Assembly: GCA_964016885.1 (NCBI GenBank)
Contig: OZ024752.1
Span: forward strand, 1,116,001-1,180,000
Length of the DNA: 64,000 nt
Source: Eledone cirrhosa
Taxonomy: Eukaryota
Direction: 5' to 3'
Part shown: one piece after another, positions 29,025 to 40,618 of the stretch
Position numbering within the stretch: position 1 is the stretch's first letter
Layout of the letters: each line of letters opens with the position of its first letter
Program-made: the position numbers and the translations under genes
The notes under the pieces: generated by a model
The model's input: the letters and a program-made list of their open reading frames with translations, nothing else
Databases searched by the model: none
Told to the model about the DNA's origin: nothing

Positions 29025-29147
29025 TGTATGTATGGTATATTGCCAAATATATATCTTTAATATATACTCCAGTTCTACCAACTGTTGAGGGCTACTTATC
29101 TGATATATGCATAGTTTTATTATTCTACAATATTACTCACCTTCTAC

Positions 29148-29207
<60 letters not shown>

Positions 29208-29732
29208 TCTTACATACGTATCACAATTAGGTACTTTTCACGTAGACATAAGCGTCAACATATATCGACACGTTAACATTTACCATACCCTCACACGTAG
29301 TAATCCAATCTTCTCACGGACATACGCTACACTACTGATACACAAACATTTCTTCAACGCATATGTACAATACACATTCAATCTTCGATTCACTCACACA
29401 TACATTTCCACTACCACTACCACTAACACATGGATATACGCTTACACAGTATCGTTGTTACTTTACACAATTTACCTTTAAAAACTACACACGTTTAAAA
29501 ACATACACTTACACTCACACATATAACGATACTAATACACACACACACCACTTTGCGTTCCTACTCGTTACCAAGATTACCTAACGGTTTTCTTGTTTTC
29601 CATCTTCATATTTTCATTTTGCTTGTGTCGTGGCTGGACCTTTTTTCTGTTTCTCCATTGTGATCCTGTCTCTATTTGTACTCCTGAGGAAGGACTTACG
29701 CCCAAGACGTCGAACTTTCTTTCCTCTTTCCA

Positions 29733-29890
29733 ATATAAAATGTAAAACTAACAAGACTTTATGTACAGCTGTTTGTTGCCCCCTTGAACTATATTATATA
29801 TATATATATACGATATTAATATATATATATATAGTTCAAGGGGGCAACAAACAGCTGTACATAAAGTCTTGTTAGTTTTACATTTTATAT
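29733..29890. repeat. Fold-back inverted repeat, about 60-bp arms around a (TA)-rich spacer
   Basis: ATATAAAATGTAAAACTAACAAGAC..GCCCCCTTGAACTAT and its reverse complement. Confidence 0.92.
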
Positions 29891-30603
29891 ATATATTTGC
29901 TGATATGTGTGTTTCTGTGTTTCTGTGCAACACACCGGTATGTAGACAGTGTGTTGCACATTGAAAATGAGGAATAATATTTGGCATGAAAAACAAATAT
30001 ATATTTAAAAAAAATTAATTATTTGGATATCTATGTATGTGCCATTAAGAAAGTTAAAAACAGTCTTGCAGCCATGTCTCTATATATGCCTGCTACAACG
30101 AGATATTGCTATTATTATTTTCTTACTCTGCAAATAATTAGTACATAGATGTTTTTGTTCGTATGGCGTGCAACATTTGCTAATACTTCCAATTGAAGTT
30201 AGAAGAAGAGAAAATTTAAAGTTTTCTGCAAGTCTATTTCTAAGAGTTTGTAGTCAAAATAAAAAAAAAAAAAGCTAAATATTTACAGGTTTTTCAAATT
30301 TATAAAGCCTACATTTCAGTTTTACAATTTGAACAACCTTTAAGATATTTCAGTGAGTCTAAAAATAATTCGGAAATAATTGAGTTCCTTTGAAAATCTG
30401 AGTGTATTTATTGGAATATATACATATATATATATATTACACACATAAGTGTATGTATATATATATGTATATATATATGTGTATGTATATATAAATATAT
30501 ATATATGTGTCTATATATGTGTATGTATATATATTTATATATATGTGTATATATATAAATATATATATATCCCTCTGTTTTTGTGTGTAAAGATGTATAT
30601 TTT

Positions 30604-30646
<43 letters not shown>

Positions 30647-30725
30647 GTGTGTGTGTGTATATATATGTTTGTTTCTGTATATAGATGAATATTCTCATAT
30701 ACAAATATACATACATATATATTGA

Positions 30726-30828
<103 letters not shown>

Positions 30829-31227
30829 CATGAATATATATAAGTATGCGTACAAACACACATATATATGAATACATATATTTATATGTGTATATATGTA
30901 TGCATACACTCAGACCTCCACACACACAGACGCTCGTATATATGAGTATGTGCATGCTTCTCATTTAAGCGCTATATTCAATGAAATAATGTTAATGTCA
31001 CATTTTCTAATAAAATATTTCCAGTCTATGTATGGGCGATAAATATATACAAACATAAATAGAATAGCACACATGTGTTACTATGCTCAGATAATTTGAT
31101 AACCGTATACTTTAAACAGCACATTAAAATGTTATATACACTACATATACGTCGAATATTTCTGTAAAATAATATTATTGTTATATATTTTCATAGATAC
31201 TATTTTTTAAAAATCGCCACATATTTG

Positions 31228-31303
<76 letters not shown>

Positions 31304-31403
31304 GTTTTAATATAGATGAGATTCTACAGGACTAGAACTGTTTATTTCTTTAGAAATCATCAGGAATCCTGATGATTCCTGATGATTCCTGATGATTTCT
31401 AAT

Positions 31404-31452
31404 GATTCCTGATGATTTCTAAAGAATGAAACAGTTCTAGTCCTGTAGAATC
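31404..31452 (+). ncRNA. Type I hammerhead motif, family B, inside fold-back 31307-31465
   Basis: GATTC-CTGATGA-TTTCTAAAGAAT-GAAA-CAG-TTCTAGTC-CTG-TA-GAATC; GUA cleavage triplet at 31445-31447. Confidence 0.7.
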
Positions 31453-31650
31453 TCATCTATATTAACACTTTTATACTCTGCTATGTATTGAGTACCTTAC
31501 TTACTGTCGTTACCTCCGATTCAACCCGGAATAACGTATATATATATATATATATATATTTGTAACCCCACTATCCGGGAGCTTCCAACCGACATGGTTG
31601 CATTCTTTAAGGGTATGTCAATATTGGTTTATAAAACTGATCTATATTAT

Positions 31651-31713
31651 ATTTTATCTGATGAAAGCGCACCATAATTTGTTTTGGTGTCCTTGAAATA
31701 TGTATAATGAAAT
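31651..31713 (+). ncRNA. Type I hammerhead motif, family A
   Basis: TTTTAT-CTGATGA-[AAGCGCACCA..TGGTGTCCTT]-GAAA-TATGTA-TA-ATGAAA. Confidence 0.72.
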
Positions 31714-34349
31714 AAATATGGTTTTATAAATATAGTTTCCATTTGTTAATATATTGTATATATTTCTATATATATATACCCCCCCACACACGCACCCCCC
31801 ATACACCCCACACGCCCCCACACGCATACGCCCCCCCCCCACACATATATATATATATATCCATGACTGCATATTGTCCTCATAAACTTATCACGATCTC
31901 CATTAGATATTAATAAATAGCTTTCTTATACACTCTGTTCACCATTTTGGTAGAGTGATAGGCGTTGCACGATACGTTGCATCTTCCAATAAACTAGACG
32001 GTTTGCTCAACATTATTGAATGATCTGTGATCTACTGACAGAACCCCAGGTGAAGCCTATAACGTCAACATTTGCTGATATGGCTTCGTATACATATGTA
32101 TTCAACTCACTTCATATAGACATACGGACATACACACACATACATATATAATCACACATTCACACACATATGTATGTATATGAAATATATTCATAAGAAA
32201 TAATTGTCAGAGGAAATATTAAAACAATGTTTATCACTTGGTTGAACAATATAAAACATTGTTTATAATGTGAATCCAGCGCTTATTTCCATCACAGGGC
32301 GTATCGAGATATATAGTTAGCTGGAAAAACTATTTTGAAAAAAAAACAAATAACTTTATATCTTGATACGTCCCGTGATGGAAGAAAGAAGCTGAACAGT
32401 GGACACGTCTAAAGTGTTTGAATACAGGAATCCCACTCTCCGGCCATATTTTCATCAATTTGATGAGGAGGTTGAGAGTAGTGAGAAGTGCTGACCTCCA
32501 GTGTGTTTTATGAAAAGTAAGAATTGCCGAGATTAATCAGGGTGAATGTGATTACTCTGGCTTTGCTTTCGTTAGCAGCTTCAAAGACACCGAGAGAGAA
32601 CCCATTTAACGCCTTTCATCCGATAGTTATCCGAAGCTTTAAGTGAAGTTTTCCCTTATGTAATATTGTAGTCTCTTCCTATTTGGGAACTTTTCATAGT
32701 TGACAATTATTGTTTGGTCTTGATATAATTAATATTGATTATACGAGGCAAGGTTGATCTGTAGGCCATTCCCATAGTTTTGCTCACTACTCTCATGATA
32801 GAATGGCCTCATCCTTCGCCCGATAGACATCTACTTTAGTTGATCTGGAACAGCACAATATTTACTTTATTAAAAGGCAAATTTGAAAGAAACCAAATAT
32901 CTCGGGTTATTTAATATTCCACCACTCTGCATTGCTCTGAGTAAGTATAAAAGCACAAACATTTACAATTATATGGGGAATGCTGCTCTGCTATATTATC
33001 GGAGTAATAATGAAATCTTTTAAACTGTAACGTGTTTGGAAAACAAATTTTTAACCAAAGAATATCCTTCGAAATTAGAAAGTAATTCCATTTAGCTGTA
33101 ATTGAAATCATGTTGAAATAAATTATTGAAACAATTTTTTGTTAATTGAAAATGTTTTGCGTAGCATAAATGTTAAATATTACTCAATATAAACTTTATT
33201 CTGCAAAAGGATCTTTATAATTAGTTTAGAAAATTAATTAGAGGCAAGTTTAGCGTTAAGATTGCTTTGGCTTCTTTCTATAGAATGTGAGCATGACCTG
33301 GTCAAATACTCTTTCCTTTGTCTTCCTTTTCCCAGAGATCCTATATGTAAATAATAGAAAAATATGTTTTAGAGACATGTATATAGTAAATTGTATTATG
33401 AAATACTGCTCACATACAAAGTTAATCGAAAATTCACTATATGTATACATAACGTACTACAGAAATCAATTGAACAATTAGAAAATATAAACACGATCCC
33501 AAGGTTTAGAGAGAGCAAGTGACATAGGCTGAAGCTCTTAGCTTTGGGTATTTGAAAGTTTTACTGTATTGCGTTACAGTAACTCCTCGGCAATAGATGA
33601 TAGTAAAATATAGTGATACAAACCATTACCTACAACCCAAATTAATAACCTTTCACTCAAGAAAAGCATCAAAGAGAATACTGAACTCCGAACTTAAAAT
33701 TGCAGCTGTATGAAAGTTTATTCACATTATATGAGACTTGCCGGTGAGAGACTCTCGCAGGCAGATTGATTGCCCTTAAACATTAAATAAACACAATAAA
33801 GGAATACTATTCTGTAATAAGAATCTACAGGCTCGTAAGTCTATCAACTGTAAATCTGTGTGCAACACACAAGCTGCCTTTCGCCGCATCTAAGACCATA
33901 CCATTACATTGTAAATGCTTCTATCCAAGATGGTTGGATGTCATTCTAGCAAGGGGCATAGGCAATGGAAATAAACAAAACAATTTGTTAGTTTGGTTAA
34001 GTGAGCTACTGAGTAAGTATTGTGAGGAAACACTTCCCTATATATATAGCATGAAAAGTGAAACTATTCAGGTGACTGCTGCAGACTATCAAATGAAGAG
34101 TCACCTGGGAGAGAATCGATAGTCAGTTAGTGGTATAGGAAACTCTTGATAAATAATGTAACTCTAGTTATCATTTGGTGCTTAAATCTGAACCAGACCC
34201 ATTGCCACGTACATAAGCTAAAAACCACAATACTTTAAACCATAAGGGATAATATATTACCTTATATGGATATTTGCTGTGCTAAATCTTAGTATAATTC
34301 GGATTTAGTTATCATATTTATTCTATGTCATATGGAATTACATTATATT

Positions 34350-34536
34350 GTGGATTGGCAGTATCGGTATAGGGTCGGACGCTATGCTTTGACGTATAGA
34401 GTTACGGCCCTTGCAATTCTGAGTTCAAATCCCTCCGAGGTTAACTTTGCCTTTCATCCTTACGGGGTCGATAAAATAAAGTACCAGTAATGCACTGGGT
34501 AATTTCTGGCCTTGCGCCAAAAGTAGAAACAATTAT
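34350..34536 (+). mobile_element. SINE family 1
   Basis: Consensus match. Confidence 0.9.
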
Positions 34537-34612
34537 CTAGTATTATGTTACGTTGAATTATGTTGCCTTATTTCGTAATGATATATTCCATGATATGTGA
34601 TGTTATGTCATA

Positions 34613-34714
34613 TAATTGTTTCTACTTTTTGGCACAAGGCCAGCAAATACCCAGTACATTACTGGTACTTTATTTTATCGACCCCGTAAGGATGAAAGGC
34701 AAAGTACTGCCAAT
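34613..34714 (-). mobile_element. SINE family 1, internally deleted
   Basis: Tail and central block joined directly to head remnant ACTGCCAAT. Confidence 0.85.
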
Positions 34715-34939
34715 AATGTTATGAGATACATAGTGTTGTTTTCACTGCCATCATATATTACAATGTATAAGTATGTCTACAAGTGTACGTGTTTGTGTAA
34801 GTGTATGTATGTAGGGGGGTTAACGTGTGTACCTGTGTGTTCGAAAAAATCATAGATTAATTGGCACGCATGTGTGCGTGTTTGAATGAATGTGTGTGTA
34901 TGTATATAGATAGGTAGGTAGATATTTGTGTAGATATGT

Positions 34940-34999
34940 ATGCTCTTCTGATTTTATTACTTTACAAATTTTCACCAACATAGAGAGAAAGAGAGAGAG

Positions 35000-35079
<80 letters not shown>

Positions 35080-35930
35080 TCTAACATCGTACAAGATATT
35101 TTCCTTTCAATTTAGACAACATTCACTAGGTAAATATTATGTATGCGTGTATGTATTTGTGTGTATGTATGCAGGTAAGGATGTTATTGCTTGTGTGTAT
35201 CTGTATGTTTTGAGTTATATATGTAGGTGTGCATATGGTCTTATATCTATACGTTTGTATATGCAGTTATTAAAAGCTAAATTTCTGGAATATTTTACAT
35301 GTCTTTACAGTTCCCTTAATGGACTGTATTAGCAACTTCCTAACTAGCTGAGGTTCTGTGAAGATCAGTTTCTTTAGCTTTGTACTGAATTTCATAACAT
35401 ATGTAAGTACCCCAATGATCATAGGTACACAACTAAAGGTACAGTCATGGTGGAGTATCTGCAGAACCTACATGAAATCAGCATAATTATTTCCTTAGTA
35501 TACTGGGTATGCCTTCTTTTCTCTGTCCCATATGTCTGATCTGTTATGTTTGTATTCGGAATTTGAATGGAACATTTCACCAGTACTCTTTCATATTACG
35601 TAATTATATGCCTTCCGTATCGCTTTAATTTTTTATATTCGTATTCGCAGGACTAACCGTTCTACGGATTGCATTGTATTGTGAGTTGGCCACTACATCA
35701 TGGATCATAGGTAGATAATATCGGGATGGCATCTGTGAACAGCTGCTTATTACGTGAGTTTCATCTTCGATGTTTATCCCGAAGTCTGCATCTGTTCTCA
35801 CGTGTAGTGAAACAGTTAAGCCATTGGTGGAGATGTTGTTAGAATGGCTTGTAGTTTTCCTTCGCTTCACAATCATATGGCAACATCTACCGTGACCCAA
35901 ATCTATCCTTATGTATTTCGAGAATGTTAT
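34940..35930 (-). pseudogene. Degenerate RLE-type (R4/Dong-like) LINE 3' portion
   Basis: Minus strand IEDETHVISSCSQMPSRYYLPMIHDVVA (knuckle plus RHD-like motif), VPMIIGVL, LIQSIKGTVKTCKIFQKFSF*, then UTR with a (TC)n insert. Confidence 0.7.
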
Positions 35931-36254
35931 AAGCAGTTAAAAGTTTTACTTCGTATTATATATATTCTTAGCATACAGTTTTAGATTGTTTAGAAAAAAA
36001 CTAAATGTTAGTTTAGTGTTTCTGGCCTTCTATGAAGAAATTACATACACGTCATGTTTCTCCAGCATAAAAGACAAAGGGTTTTACTGACAGAATAAAT
36101 AGCACCCCAGAGAGTCTCCTTTTAAATATATCAATTCGATATTTCACTATATTGTATCAGTGACAACATAGTCCTGTGTATTTAACTACATTATTGTAGA
36201 CTAGGAACACAAGGTTCTCTATGTATGTATGTATGTATGTATGTATGTATGTGG

Positions 36255-36884
36255 GGTGGGGTTGCCAGTTTAGTCGTTGGCGACTAAACTGGCAACCCCA
36301 CCAAGGTTTCTTGGTGAGGAGGGTGACTTTGGACATCCTGCAGGACTAAAAACAAAACCTGTCAAAGGGCAAAGGAGCTCTTAAGAGTCAATGGCCATCC
36401 AAATTCACCGGGAGAGATGACCCCTTAGCCTTTGTCAAGGCAGAATTCTAGGAGAAGGAAAACTCTGATATAACACCTGCAACCCTGATGGTATCCAATG
36501 ATGTTGACTTGTTCTTCTTTTTGGTAAATATCATCTTGGTTAAGAGAGTGGGACTGGCTTTGTGCAGTGCCTTTGCTCACTATAAAAGCTTCACGGCACA
36601 GGCATTGCTTTATATCTGGAGATCTCTCTGCACTTGTCGTCACATGGTACCATGGGCCCAGCACTATGTGTCAATAATTGTCACAAGTGTAGTGTTTGTA
36701 CCAGAGTTTTCAAGTCGCTGGCTGGACTAAAAAGTCACACTCGTTCAGCGCATCGGTAGGGGTTCTCCTACATGGATATAAAGTAGTGGCCATACTCGAA
36801 AACGAGTTGGCAGCCACCATGTATGTATGTATGTATGTATGTATGTATGTATGTATGTATGTATGTATGTATGTATGTATGTAT
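36255..36884 (+). mobile_element. Non-autonomous bipartite RTE derivative, copy 1
   Basis: RTE-like 5' UTR (CTAGGAGAAGGAAAACTCTGA) joined to the ORF2 terminal zinc finger HKCSVCTRVFKSLAGLKSHTRSAHR* (36682-36759), the tail stem-loop CTCGAAAACGAG and (GTAT)n. Confidence 0.75.
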
Positions 36885-36959
36885 GCATGTAAGTGTGTAT
36901 ATATATGCATGTGTATATATATGCGCGAGGACATAGAAATAATCGGGCTGGATACCCGA

Positions 36960-37460
36960 TCACGCGGTTAAACCACTGGGAGTAAAGTACACCTAGCCTT
37001 TGTCAGGGCATTCGTCTAGAAGGCAACTCAGGAAACTGGGATAAATCCTACATAAGGCCTGCGGCTCAGCAGTTACCGATGTTGTTGATCTTTTCTTCTT
37101 TTCGGGTTATAGCTACTGGCGTTCAGAGAGTGGGATTGGTCAGTGCTCAGTCTTTCCTCACTTTAAAAAAAAAATCTTCACGCCAGGCATTGCACGATAG
37201 CATAATTGATAATTATTAATAATGTTGTATCGTGCAATGGCCATACTCGATAACGAGGGGACAGCCATCATGTATAGCAGGTGGCTCTTCAGTGCTCCTG
37301 GTAACATGTAATCTAGCACAACCTGTGTATGGTCGGGTCGTCGGGGACTAAATCGGCAACCCCACCGAGCTTGCTTGGTAAGGAAGGTGTATTTGGGCAC
37401 CCAGCGGATGGAAGCAAAACCCGTCAAAAGGCGAAGGACCTCAGGAGAATCAACTCCTAG
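36960..37460 (+). mobile_element. Second bipartite RTE subfamily: 3' part followed head-to-tail by a 5' part
   Basis: 36990-37190 parallels the 5' UTR of copy 1; tail at 37240-37275; 37276-37450 parallels the 5' start (CTGGTAACATGTA..GGTCGGGTCG..GGCAACCCCACC). Confidence 0.7.
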
Positions 37461-38424
37461 TTTTCATTAAGACATCTACCTAGTAGAAGCTCACTCAGAT
37501 ATAAACCAGTGACTTCGTTTGCATCCACTGATGTAGACCTATTTCTCCGAGTAGAGTAAGACCGATTGTAATGGAAAGATACTGTTATGAAATTGAACTC
37601 ACACTGTCATGTATTATATCGATTTCAATTCAAGGTCTTATTCGGTTATAATATTCCAAAGTTACAATGCAATCAGACGTAGTGTTAATTGTTCATTTAT
37701 CAGAAATTTAAAACTTGATCGATAATTTACTAAATAACACGATATTTTATATTATATAAAAGTCTCGATTTCATACAGTTCAATAAGTTAAAAATTCGAG
37801 TTCTGAGTGGATTTTAAATTTAGCAACATTAATTTAAATAAACTAAATTATTGGAAAATGATAGGAAAATCATAAAAAATTAGGCACGACTGATACTCAC
37901 ATACTATAGAAAGAACTTAATGTAATCTTAAACGTTTAACACTAGTCATCAATATATTCAGTTAAACTAATTATAGACATTATCATTTTTTAGCATGAAT
38001 TCAGTAATATTTCAGATTTATGCCACGCAAAACAATTCCGATTTCAAAATTTGGTTCAATAATTGATTTCAGAATAATTTTAATTACAACTGAATTGAAT
38101 TGCTTTCTAATTTCAGAGTAAATTATGATTTTCAGTAGTTAAATATTTATTTTTCAGACATGCTACTATTTTGACATATACGTTTAGAGTTTTGAAATTT
38201 TCTCATTAAAAGAGAATATATCTTATTATTTCCTACCGTAAAGTAGTAGATTTGCAATTTTTAAATGTCTGGTAAGACTAATGAGGCTAGACCGAAAGAT
38301 TCTGTAATGGAACATCAAATAACCTAAAATAAATTTATATATATTGATTAGTCATTGGCGAATAACTAAAGTGAAAATCGTATGGTGTGTGTGTTTCATT
38401 TTATTGGTAATACTGGCAACATGA

Positions 38425-38479
<55 letters not shown>

Positions 38480-38579
38480 ACTTTGAGTATGTGTTGGTTG
38501 TTTACAGACATTTCAGTATGCAGGTTAGAACACTGAACGAAGTGTGCAGGCGGGTCTGTTTACTCCGGAGTAATGAAAC

Positions 38580-38645
<66 letters not shown>

Positions 38646-38737
38646 CGAAGGAAATGTGGTAAGGAACCAGATGGACCATAACGCACCAAAGTACTCAATA
38701 CTTAGGGTAGTAGAGTGGGTAATAGGAACGAGTAGGA

Positions 38738-38831
38738 CTCCGACGGCTGAGCTCAGGCCGTTTCGACGGCTAATTCTGGACTAAATGAACATTTTTATCC
38801 TGGTACATGAATAGCCGAGCTTCTCAGGGGG
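38738..38831 (-). ncRNA. Hammerhead-like motif, family C (long stem II), in pseudo-LTR fragment 38641-38840
   Basis: Minus strand CCCC-CTGAGAA-GCTCGGCTATTC..GAATTAGCCGTC-GAAA-CGGC-CTGAGCTCA-GCCG-TC-GGAG; the 5' core box is imperfect. Confidence 0.55.
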
Positions 38832-39767
38832 TAATTCCATATATAGTAAAAGTGATTGTCACAAGGATTGGTCAAAAGTTTGTTGTTGAGACACATAATT
38901 CTATCATGGCATTTTGTGGAAGGAAGGGGTAGCTGAACTTGCCAGTAGAAGAAAGAGGGAGAGGCGGAAACCCCGTCGTGCGTTGATAGTGCCAACTAAC
39001 GCAGAATCCTAAGGATAAGAGGTCAAGAGAATTATACTAGGGAGGTGGAGGTGGAGGGGGAGGAAGTCGAAACAATAAGTAAATCAATATGGAGTAAATA
39101 TATAGAAGAATAATCAGAATGTTAAAAATATAAAAAAAACAATTTCTGGTTACTATTCCCCTACCACAATCATCAAGTCTCTCACTGGTACTGCTAAACT
39201 ATAGAACAGTTTAATATGTGGGACGGAATATTAAATACAGGATTGTAGTGAAAGAATTTTATGAGTTAGTAGTAATCGTCCAAATCTATCTTACAGTGAC
39301 AGGTCAACGAGTACGGGGCCAAATTACTAAAGAAACTACTACGAAATAATAATTCAGAGTCCCGAAACTAATACGAAATAATAATTCAGAATCCCGAAAA
39401 TGAATACTAATACTATATATAAGATTACCGCTACGATACATAAATTCTAATACTAACTACATAAATGCTCATACGATATATATGAACAATTTAATACAAA
39501 AAATTAATTCATATTGTCTATATTGTATCTGTATTATTTTTGACCGTCGGTCAGTCAATGGCAACATTGAGGACCGAGTAAGTTAGATCGCAGATATAAA
39601 AGACAGCGAGAAGCGAAAACCAACCAAACAGTGAGTGTGTTCTGTTATTAATTCTGGCAATATTACACAAATATGACCATCCCCAAGTATAACAATATTT
39701 GTTTCGACACACGATTTCATATAAAAAACCTCGCTAAACATATATATATATATATATACATATATAT

Positions 39768-40382
39768 ATGGTGGCTGCCAACTCGTTTTCGAGTACGGCC
39801 ACTACTTTATATCCATGTAGGAGAACCCCTACCGAAGCGCTGCATGAGTGTGACTTTTTAGTCCAGCCAGCGACTTGAAAACTCTGGTACAAACACTACA
39901 CTTGTGACAATTATTGACACATAGTGCTGGGCCCATGGTACCATGTGAGGACAAGTGCAGAGAGATCTCCAGATATAAAGCAATGCCTGTGCCGTGAAGC
40001 TTTTATAGTGAGCAAAGGCACTGCACAAAGCCAGTCCCACTCTCTTAACCAAGATGATATTTACCAAAAAGAAGAACAAGTCAACATCATTGGATACCAT
40101 CAAGGTTGCAGGTGTTATATCAGAGTTTTCCTTCTCCTAGAATTCTGCCTTGACAAAGGCTAAGGGGTCATCTCTCCCGGTGATTTTGGATGGCCATTGA
40201 CTCTTAAGAGCTCCTTTGCCCTTTGACAGGTTTTGTTTTTAGTCCTGCAGGATGTCCAAAGTCACCCTCCTCACCAAGAAACCTTGGTGGGGTTGCCAGT
40301 TTAGTCGCCAACGACCCGACCATGAGACAGGTTGTACTGGGATACATGTTACCAGTAGCACCAACTGGTGACCTGACATAGT
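39768..40382 (-). mobile_element. Non-autonomous bipartite RTE derivative, copy 2 (longer 5' end)
   Basis: Near-identical inverted copy of 36273-36820; the paired 79-aa ORF-track translations differ at one residue. Confidence 0.8.
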
Positions 40383-40383
40383 A

Positions 40384-40415
<32 letters not shown>

Positions 40416-40452
40416 AACGGAAAAATGAAACGAAATTCATTTCTCACTCTTA

Positions 40453-40534
<82 letters not shown>

Positions 40535-40551
40535 ACATATATATATACATA

Positions 40552-40618
<67 letters not shown>

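Noticed and set aside
29078-29120. Second hammerhead in the family A element (also 5590-5625)
   Set aside because: Copies read CTGTTGA or CTGTAGA and GATA rather than CUGANGA and GAAA.
36425-36730. 79-80 aa ORFs duplicated at 39858-40163 as a small gene pair
   Set aside because: They lie inside the RTE-derived repeat; identity reflects recent copying.
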